64,000 nt of DNA, taken from Christensenellaceae bacterium Phil1 (lineage in GTDB: Bacteria; Bacillota; Clostridia; Christensenellales; CAG-138). A program made the translations under genes and the position numbers. Of this stretch, positions 1-7,136 are shown piece by piece. Under the pieces are notes generated by a model. The model ran no database searches and was not told where the DNA came from. It saw only the letters and a list, made by a program, of their open reading frames with translations. The stretch spans positions 19,107-83,106 of the forward strand of contig MSGS01000065.1 in NCBI GenBank assembly GCA_001940855.1, written 5' to 3'. Every line of letters starts with the position of its first letter. The first letter of the stretch is position 1.

Positions 1-2
1 GC

Positions 3-683
3 GGCATCGAGGACGTTGGCGACCTGAAGGTAAATGCGCTGGGGAGAAAACTGAAAAACATAAATCCGAACGTTGAGGCCATCCGCTTTGAAGGGATAGT
101 TCAAAACATTCCCAAGGCAATGCTTGATGAATTCTGTACGGCTGATCAAACGATATTCGTAGGATGTGCGGATAACAGGGATGCGGACGTTTATGCCAAC
201 CGGATAAGCATTTACTATTCGGCGGCTTTCCTGTCCATAGGCTTCTGGGAAAGGGCATACGCGGGAGAGATATTCTATCATATTCCCGGCAGGGGAATGC
301 CATGCTACGAATGCGCGCTTGGCGATGGGGGAAACATTTCCGCAAGGGCTCAGGCCAATCATCACATATATTCTAATCAGGAAAACACAGAGGGAATGAA
401 ATTTGAGCCCGGTATTTCGGTGGATATCAATTTTATTACCACGATAGGCATAAAGCTGATAATCGATATACTCAATTCCACTGATCTGGACTATATTCCG
501 CGCCTTTTGAACAACCTTGCGCAATATACAATCATATGCAATACCGATAACCCAAAGATCGGCGGAGAAATGGTTGAAATATTCAGCTATCCGCTTCAGG
601 TAACAACGTCACTGGTGGTTTGCTACAACAGAAAAAAATGCAAGGGCGACGGAATATGCATGTATGAAGCGGAAGAAAAATAG
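3..683 (+). CDS. E1-like ThiF/MoeB-family adenylation-domain protein, C-terminal part (5' end lies outside the window)
   Basis: The frame is open from nt 3 to TAG at 681-683. The translation GIEDVGDLKVNALGRKLKNINPNVEAIRFEG...FVGCADNRDADVYAN...GRGMPCYECALGD fits the ThiF/E1 pattern: an INP strand, the DN..R nucleotide-binding motif and a PCYxC cysteine motif. A second Cys cluster (KKCKGDGIC) sits near the C-terminus. Confidence 0.7.
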   Translation, partial: GIEDVGDLKVNALGRKLKNINPNVEAIRFEGIVQNIPKAMLDEFCTADQTIFVGCADNRDADVYANRISIYYSAAFLSIGFWERAYAGEIFYHIPGRGMPCYECALGDGGNISARAQANHHIYSNQENTEGMKFEPGISVDINFITTIGIKLIIDILNSTDLDYIPRLLNNLAQYTIICNTDNPKIGGEMVEIFSYPLQVTTSLVVCYNRKKCKGDGICMYEAEEK

Positions 684-732
684 TTTTTGTGCGGATTAAA
701 AGCAAAAACAGGAAAGTGCGACGGAGGTATCT

Positions 733-3700
733 ATGGAACTCATACCCATGACATATCAGGAAACTTTTCGGCTGATACAGGATATGAACGCACTTATTGA
801 CAAAACGGACGGCTTTGCGCTGAACATGCAAAAGCTGTACTGCGTCAAGGAAGTGAAAATGAAGGAGAATCATTGCGATATAATGCGCAAGCTTGATTCC
901 GATCATCAAAACGCAATTGAAAACACCAAGGCAAGATCCAAGAATATGATAAATGAGGCAAAAAGGATCAAGCGGGAAATGCATGCGCTCGATGAGCAGC
1001 TTTCGCATGCAGACAAATACTATGTAAAAACCAAAAAGAAAAAAGAGCTTGAGCTTGCCGGTGTGAAAGACAGAAAATATGATTCCAACGGCGATTATTT
1101 TAAAGCACTCGATCAAATTAAGCATCGCTATTCGGATTTGAGCCGCAAGTACTCCACCGATATACTCCCAAGCCTTATAAACGGGTTAAACTATCTGTTC
1201 TCAAGCAAACGCAAACAGGAGTACGAGGAACTGATAATCCTGCTCAACACGGTGGATGCGTTTGTGACTGAGATTGGCTCCGCAATGCCGGAGATAACGG
1301 CCGAAACGATCGCCGACATGGACTCCGAATATAAAGCGCAGAGGGAAAAGCTTGAAGCGACGCAGCATTTGGAAATAGAAGCCTTGGCGACGGAATATGA
1401 GCATAACATGGCCAGCTTTGCAATGAAAGCGGATGCTGAGTTTGACAAGCTGCTTCCCAAAACGCTTATTAACAGAATGAGGGAGGCGCTGAATAAATTC
1501 AGCGATTCATTCGGCAAGGTCAATTCCGCCGTTCCGGTCGCCAATAATATGCTTGCTGCGGCGATTGTGGATTATCCGATAGCCGACTTTATTAAGTCGG
1601 ATGCGATAAACAAGATCATAAACAAAAAATGCAATGCGATCATAAGCGACGGGAGCATCAAGTTTCCGCTGATATGCTCGACTACGTCCCCTTTGTCATT
1701 TTATATTAAGACGGACGGAACCGGCTCGGAGCCGGTAAAGCAGCTTATACACGGAATAATGTTTTCATTCTTGTCATCCGTGCAGGTATCAAAGCTTAAA
1801 CTTAGCGTGATAGACTGCGAAAACCATGGCAACAGCGCAGCGCCCTATTTCGACGCGAGGAAGAAAATGCCGGAGCTTTTTGACGGCCAGTTCTATACAA
1901 ACTACGAAGCGGCTGCCGCAAAAATACGGGCGCTGAACGAAGAGGTAGAGCGTATTTCTCAGGATGTTTTGGGAACTCAGTATGCATCTGTTTTCGGATA
2001 CACAAAGGATAATCCAAACAGCGAATGCCGTGTCGAACTTCTTACGGTTTTTGATTTTCCCAAGGGCTTTGATGAATATCTGCTTTCTGCTCTTGAAAAC
2101 ATTATTGTTCACGGGCCGCAGTGCGGGATATATGTTGCCATTACCGAAAGCGGCGAAATATCTTCGAATGTTTACTCAAAAGAATACATAAACCATATTG
2201 CGAAAATAAGAAAGGCCTGCGCTTTTATACAGCAGAGAAACACCAAATTCACTGCATCAGGGCTTGATTTAACGTGCTGCGCAATGCCGCCGCGAAACGA
2301 ATTCAACGCTTTCTTTTCAAAGTATTTGCTTATTAACGAAAGCATAAAGAACCGTGGCATCGCTTTCCCGCCGATCATAAAGCGGCTGGTGGACAGCCGG
2401 GATGAAGCGGCGCTTGAGCAAAGCATAAAGGACGTTTGCGATGCAGCGAGCGCTTATGACAATGGCTACGGGCACGTTCCGCAGGCGGCCAACGTGTATC
2501 CGGAGCAGGTGATAATAGGCCAAACACAGTATCCGCAGGATGTGTTTGCGGACTGCCTCGGCTGCGAAAAGATCAAAAGCAGCTTTGCGGCACCGAATGG
2601 GCGCATAATGCTTACGCTTTCGCTTGATTTAAGTCAATCTGCGAACCTGCTGCTGTCCTTTGACGAAAGCCGGGCGGGAAATGCGGCTGCGTTTACGCAT
2701 AATGTTATATGGAGCTTCCTTTCGGCACTGCCGGTTACGAAGACAGATGTTGTAATATTCGATGCCGAGAAAAAAGGCGGAAGCGTAACGCCGTTCCTCG
2801 GCTTCAAGAAGGCCTGCCCGGACGTATTTGACGACAATATCTATTCGAACGCGGATGATATTTACGAGCGGCTGAATAAATTGAACCGGCAGATAGACAG
2901 CCTTATTCAGGAAAAGCTCGGCAGCCGCTTTGCCAATCTTTTGGAATATAACCGCAATACGCCAAATATGGCGGAGCCCATAACGCTGCTTGTAATATAT
3001 GATTTCCCGGGCGGCTTTGACGCAAGAGCATTGAGCATGCTGAACAACATACTCAAAAACGGCGGAAAGTGCGGCGTTTATACAATTATATGCCATAATC
3101 GCGGCGTGCATTATTCCTCTTATGATAACGTTAATGAATATATGGAAACCTATAAGCGGAGCTGCACGCAGATAGAACTGACGGATAAAGCGATATCTCT
3201 CCTTCCGTTTAATCTGCCCATTTCCGTAAAGGAGCCTTTGACGTACAAAGAGATCGACAAATTTGTTGAGGATTATAAAGCGGAGAGCGAAAAGATAAAG
3301 AACAAGGGATTGTCTTTCACGGATATTTTGGATGACGGGCTGTTTTCAAGAACACTTGAAAAGGGTCTGTCCATACCCGTTGGCGTGGTCGACGGGGAGC
3401 ACATAGTGCCTATCACGTTTGGCCGTGGGTCTTCGCATCATGCGCTCATTGCCGGCGCAACCGGTTCGGGTAAATCCACGCTGCTGCACACGCTGATTAT
3501 GAGCGCAATGCTGAATTATTCACCGGATCTGCTTAACCTCTATCTAATGGATTTCAAGAGCGGTACTGAATTCAAGGTGTATGATTCAAGGCGTCTGCCG
3601 CATATTAAACTGCTTGCGTTGGATGCAATGCAGGAGTTCGGCGAAAGCATACTTGAAAATCTTGTTAGCGAAATTGGCAGGCGAAGCGAGATGTTCAAGT

Positions 3701-5100
3701 CTGTTGGCGCGTCTACACTGGGCGAATATGTTAAGCTTTCCGGCGTGGCAATGCCCAAAATACTTATAATAATGGACGAGTTTCAGGTTCTGTATAACGA
3801 TTCCACAAATCGCAAGGTGGCAAACCATTGCGCGGAATTGACAAAGCGCATAGTAACGGAAGGCCGTTCCTACGGCATGCACCTGTTGATGGCTACGCAG
3901 TCCACAAAAATCATTTCGAATCTTACGATTGAAACAGGAACGATTGAGCAGATGCGTATAAGGATAGGCCTGAAATGCGGCGAATGGGACGCAAATTATC
4001 TGTTTACGGAGAGAAACGATGCGAAAGCATTGAAAATGATGAAAGGGCCGATAGGCACGGCCGTTATGAACGAGGAATATACGGAAAAGGACCTGATAGC
4101 CTTCCGGGCGGCTTATTGCGATGACGCAACGCAAAAGAAATACCTTGATATTATCGCCAATGAGCTTACGGAATACAAATACGATCTCCAGACGTTTGAA
4201 GGCAGCAAGGTAACGCCTCTGCTGGATACGGAATTCGGCTCATCTGGTCTTGACGACGAAGCGCCGCTTGCCGTCGAGATAGGCTCGCTTATTAAGGTTG
4301 CGCCGCCGCTGAGAATAGTGTTCGACCGCCGCCGCAAGCACAATACGCTGATATGCGGAAGCGGAGAGCGTATGTCCGAAAATCTTATGAATCTGTATTC
4401 GCTTGCAATACTTAAAAACAATGGCGCCAAGCTCTATTGCTTTGATGGCGAGCGGCTGCTCGGTCCTTCTCAGGCCGATCGCTTCTATGAAGAATACGCG
4501 CGTTTCGGCTCAAGGTTTACAATGGCTGACGGCAGGGGAGACATTATCCGCTGCATCAATGAAGTATATGACATATATACTGCAAGAAAAAAGAAAAACA
4601 GCGGCAATCAGATATTCATCATGATCAAAAACCTTCAGTTTATGGATATAATCAAGTCGATGCTGAAGGGAGAACCGATAGATGAATCGGATTATCTTGA
4701 GGATGCACCGGTTCAGGAAGTGCCGGATGATCCGTTCGATTTCGGCATGGGAATAGATACTTCTGCGATGAATGTATCGGACAAGCTGCTTAAGCTGATA
4801 GACGACGGAACGGTCTACGGAGTATTCTTCATAATCGGAAGTATTGAATTCCAAAGCGTTAAGGAATGCATGTACTTTGGGGAAAATACTCTTCCCAAGT
4901 TCCCCGAACGATATGTATTCTCGCTTAACGACAGCGATGCCGAATCGCTGATAGAGAATATATCGGTAAAGTCTCTTAAGCATAACACGGTGTATTATTC
5001 CGATTCGATCAAGAATACATTCCAGGTGAAGCCGTATGTTTTCCCATCCGCAGAGGAGCTTCATATACACCTGAATTCTGTTATAGGGGGTAACGAATAA
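733..5100 (+). CDS. Four-module FtsK/SpoIIIE-family (EssC/EccC-like) P-loop ATPase, apparently soluble, with a coiled-coil-like N-terminal region
   Basis: 1455-aa ORF with a GGAGG RBS 6 nt before the ATG. It has one canonical Walker A (AGATGSGKST, nt 3451-3480) and Walker B (ILIIMDEFQ, nt 3760-3786). Three degenerate copies of the same module occur at DGTGSEP (nt 1714-1734), DESRAGN (nt 2662-2682) and CGSGERMS (nt 4354-4377). Each copy is followed by a helix and an xLxxxDxxxGG-type strand. The first ~320 aa are Lys/Glu-rich and helical. I saw no hydrophobic TM segment or FHA-like region. Confidence 0.8.
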   Translation: MELIPMTYQETFRLIQDMNALIDKTDGFALNMQKLYCVKEVKMKENHCDIMRKLDSDHQNAIENTKARSKNMINEAKRIKREMHALDEQLSHADKYYVKTKKKKELELAGVKDRKYDSNGDYFKALDQIKHRYSDLSRKYSTDILPSLINGLNYLFSSKRKQEYEELIILLNTVDAFVTEIGSAMPEITAETIADMDSEYKAQREKLEATQHLEIEALATEYEHNMASFAMKADAEFDKLLPKTLINRMREALNKFSDSFGKVNSAVPVANNMLAAAIVDYPIADFIKSDAINKIINKKCNAIISDGSIKFPLICSTTSPLSFYIKTDGTGSEPVKQLIHGIMFSFLSSVQVSKLKLSVIDCENHGNSAAPYFDARKKMPELFDGQFYTNYEAAAAKIRALNEEVERISQDVLGTQYASVFGYTKDNPNSECRVELLTVFDFPKGFDEYLLSALENIIVHGPQCGIYVAITESGEISSNVYSKEYINHIAKIRKACAFIQQRNTKFTASGLDLTCCAMPPRNEFNAFFSKYLLINESIKNRGIAFPPIIKRLVDSRDEAALEQSIKDVCDAASAYDNGYGHVPQAANVYPEQVIIGQTQYPQDVFADCLGCEKIKSSFAAPNGRIMLTLSLDLSQSANLLLSFDESRAGNAAAFTHNVIWSFLSALPVTKTDVVIFDAEKKGGSVTPFLGFKKACPDVFDDNIYSNADDIYERLNKLNRQIDSLIQEKLGSRFANLLEYNRNTPNMAEPITLLVIYDFPGGFDARALSMLNNILKNGGKCGVYTIICHNRGVHYSSYDNVNEYMETYKRSCTQIELTDKAISLLPFNLPISVKEPLTYKEIDKFVEDYKAESEKIKNKGLSFTDILDDGLFSRTLEKGLSIPVGVVDGEHIVPITFGRGSSHHALIAGATGSGKSTLLHTLIMSAMLNYSPDLLNLYLMDFKSGTEFKVYDSRRLPHIKLLALDAMQEFGESILENLVSEIGRRSEMFKSVGASTLGEYVKLSGVAMPKILIIMDEFQVLYNDSTNRKVANHCAELTKRIVTEGRSYGMHLLMATQSTKIISNLTIETGTIEQMRIRIGLKCGEWDANYLFTERNDAKALKMMKGPIGTAVMNEEYTEKDLIAFRAAYCDDATQKKYLDIIANELTEYKYDLQTFEGSKVTPLLDTEFGSSGLDDEAPLAVEIGSLIKVAPPLRIVFDRRRKHNTLICGSGERMSENLMNLYSLAILKNNGAKLYCFDGERLLGPSQADRFYEEYARFGSRFTMADGRGDIIRCINEVYDIYTARKKKNSGNQIFIMIKNLQFMDIIKSMLKGEPIDESDYLEDAPVQEVPDDPFDFGMGIDTSAMNVSDKLLKLIDDGTVYGVFFIIGSIEFQSVKECMYFGENTLPKFPERYVFSLNDSDAESLIENISVKSLKHNTVYYSDSIKNTFQVKPYVFPSAEELHIHLNSVIGGNE

Positions 5101-5795
5101 TGCCATCGGTTTCCGTTTCGTCTGATGAATTAAGAAGGCAGCTGACCATGCTTGCGGTGACTGCCGAAGAGGTGGAGCGCGCATACAAAACCATATTGTC
5201 GCAGTACAGGCAGCTTGGCGGCCGATGGAACGATAACAAATTCAGGGAGCTTGGCGATGTTATAAACGAAAGCGTATCGTCGCTCAAGAAAATTCAGCTC
5301 GTGTTTCTTAAAGGCCAAAAGGACATGATACAAATACTGCGGGCGGTGGAGGAATACGAGCAGACAAATTTGAACGGCGCGGCGCAGGGCTCCTTTGGCA
5401 ATGCGCCGCAGGGCGCGGGTACGCAGGCAGACTTTGGCGGCGCGGCGCAGGACCAGGCGGAAGAAGGCGGCTTTACCCTGCATTATTCGCGGGAAATGAC
5501 CGATAACATGTGGCAGCGCAATGTGGAAAGCACAGATGCGATGATAGACAATTATAAAGAGGCGCTGATGGAACGCGGAGTTCCAGACGGGGAGTGGCTT
5601 AATAATACGCTCTCTCGGCATAGGGCGGCGATGCTGGAACAGTGCGGCTATGAGCTGGATGTTGCAAGCGGCCATTCGCAGGACAGTACGAATGACGCGA
5701 ACGCATATAGCTGGCCGGGGGATTATCACGCATTTTACGATCAGCTGGCCGAAGAATACAGGCAATACTGCCAAAACGGCGGGCAGGATAAATAG
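5100..5795 (+). CDS. WXG100-like helical-hairpin protein with a low-complexity linker and an unknown C-terminal domain
   Basis: The ATG overlaps the TAA stop of the ATPase gene by 1 nt (TAATG), suggesting translational coupling. The N-terminal ~95 aa are helical with Trp43 in GGRWNDNKF, the position of the WXG turn in canonical WXG100 proteins. A Gly/Ala/Gln-rich linker (NGAAQGSFGNAPQGAGTQADFGGAAQDQAEEGG) and a ~110-aa C-terminal domain follow. Confidence 0.55.
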   Translation: MPSVSVSSDELRRQLTMLAVTAEEVERAYKTILSQYRQLGGRWNDNKFRELGDVINESVSSLKKIQLVFLKGQKDMIQILRAVEEYEQTNLNGAAQGSFGNAPQGAGTQADFGGAAQDQAEEGGFTLHYSREMTDNMWQRNVESTDAMIDNYKEALMERGVPDGEWLNNTLSRHRAAMLEQCGYELDVASGHSQDSTNDANAYSWPGDYHAFYDQLAEEYRQYCQNGGQDK

Positions 5796-5834
5796 CCCGG
5801 CGATACGCTGACAAGCGGCGGAAAGGACGGGGAA

Positions 5835-6719
5835 ATGGGATTTAAGGATACATTGGCCAAGGTATTCAGGCTCAGCAATATAGGCACGTTTATATTCTTT
5901 GCGCTGAATTTGTCTGTGATCATAGGCCTGCTTTATCCGTACAGTATTACTCCGGCAGGGGGGATGATATTGCTTGCCGTTTATGTTATAACGGTAGCGA
6001 TCGGCTTTTCTCCCGTCGGAGAATGGGCGCTTTGCATATTTGCCAGTGCGAGGGACATAAAGCGCCGCGATATGAAGATAAAGCTGATACCGCTGCTTGA
6101 AATAGTATACGGAAGGGCGAAGCGCGAAGCGCCGAATATGGTGGATTCGCTTCGCCTGAAAATAGTTCCGGGCAGCGGGGTAAACGCATACGCGCTCGGC
6201 AGGAGGACTATTGGCGTTACGGAGGGACTTCTTGATCTTCCGGACGAAATGATAATGGGCATATTTGCGCACGAGCTTGGGCACATTGCGAACCGCCATT
6301 CCGAAATACAGCTGCTCATAGGCGGGGCAAACGCAGTGGTTTCCATTTTCTTGCTGATACTTAAGCTTGCTGCATGGGCAATATCTGGAATATTCGGGCT
6401 TGCTGCGATCGGTACGCGAAAAAGCGGCGCAGGCTGCCTGATAGGGCTTTTCGGCAGCATTGCCGCGCTTAGCGTTTTTGCGTGGACAAAGTTCTGTATG
6501 CTGTTTTTAATGTGGTCGGCAAGAAGAAACGAATTCATTGCCGATGAGTTCGCATATAAGCTGGGCTTTGGCGGGCAGCTTGCATGGGCGCTGGATAATC
6601 TGGCGGACAGTGCGCCGCCCGGCAGCATTTTGAAGGCGCTGTATTCAAAGCATCCGGGAAAGGATGAACGAATAGCCCGCCTGCAAAGCCTTGGCGCGGA
6701 ATATTCAAGATGGCATTAA
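5835..6719 (+). CDS. M48-family (HtpX-like) integral-membrane zinc metallopeptidase
   Basis: It carries the HExxH motif FAHELGHIANRH and the downstream M48 signature ADEFAYKLG...SKHPGKDERIARLQ. There are two hydrophobic helices at the N-terminus and two more after the HExxH. A purine-rich RBS (GGACGGGGAA) precedes the ATG. Confidence 0.85.
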   Translation: MGFKDTLAKVFRLSNIGTFIFFALNLSVIIGLLYPYSITPAGGMILLAVYVITVAIGFSPVGEWALCIFASARDIKRRDMKIKLIPLLEIVYGRAKREAPNMVDSLRLKIVPGSGVNAYALGRRTIGVTEGLLDLPDEMIMGIFAHELGHIANRHSEIQLLIGGANAVVSIFLLILKLAAWAISGIFGLAAIGTRKSGAGCLIGLFGSIAALSVFAWTKFCMLFLMWSARRNEFIADEFAYKLGFGGQLAWALDNLADSAPPGSILKALYSKHPGKDERIARLQSLGAEYSRWH

Positions 6720-6729
6720 CCCTGCTGCT

Positions 6730-7092
6730 TTAGCCCTCGTCCGGCATTTGGGAATCGTATATACATTCGTCCCAGATGCTCTCTTTGCAAAATTCGTCCC
6801 ATATGGCGGTCTCAAGCTCGCTCAGCGCGGCTGCAAGGCCGTTTTCGTTTGCGGGGAATGCGGCGGCATAGCCCGCTGCGTCCGCATCGCAGAAGCCGGT
6901 TTTGTTGCTCCAGCCAACTATTTCCGGCAGTATCCCGCGCGCATCAAGCCATTCGGCAAAGGCCATGGAAAGCGCAGGGTAGTCTATCTGCCCCAGCGGC
7001 GCTGCGCCGAAGCCCTCGTGCGAAATATAGAATGGGCCGGCGTATTTAAGTCCGTTTTTATATTGAGATACAAGCGTTTCAACTTTGCTCAT
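6730..7092 (-). CDS. Small acidic hypothetical protein
   Basis: ORF of 120 aa counted from ATG 7092, with RBS GGGGTGA 5 nt upstream; the track's start at 7101 is GTG. It is co-directional with and just downstream of the MATE gene. The C-terminus is acidic (WDEFCKESIWDECIYDSQMPDEG). I recognise no family. Confidence 0.5.
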   Translation of the reverse strand: MSKVETLVSQYKNGLKYAGPFYISHEGFGAAPLGQIDYPALSMAFAEWLDARGILPEIVGWSNKTGFCDADAAGYAAAFPANENGLAAALSELETAIWDEFCKESIWDECIYDSQMPDEG

Positions 7093-7136
7093 AATATTCA
7101 CCCCGTTCAGCGTTTATAGCTATAGTTTACCCGCCT

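Noticed and set aside
583-1125. 180-aa minus-strand ORF across the E1-like/ATPase junction
   Set aside because: It overlaps two well-supported plus-strand genes and their intergenic RBS. The translation is a hydrophobic/low-complexity artefact of AT-rich antisense sequence.
5130-6299. 389-aa minus-strand ORF spanning the WXG-like and M48 genes
   Set aside because: The translation is Arg/His/Pro-rich and implausible, with no RBS. The plus-strand genes have RBSs, translational coupling and clear motifs (HExxH).
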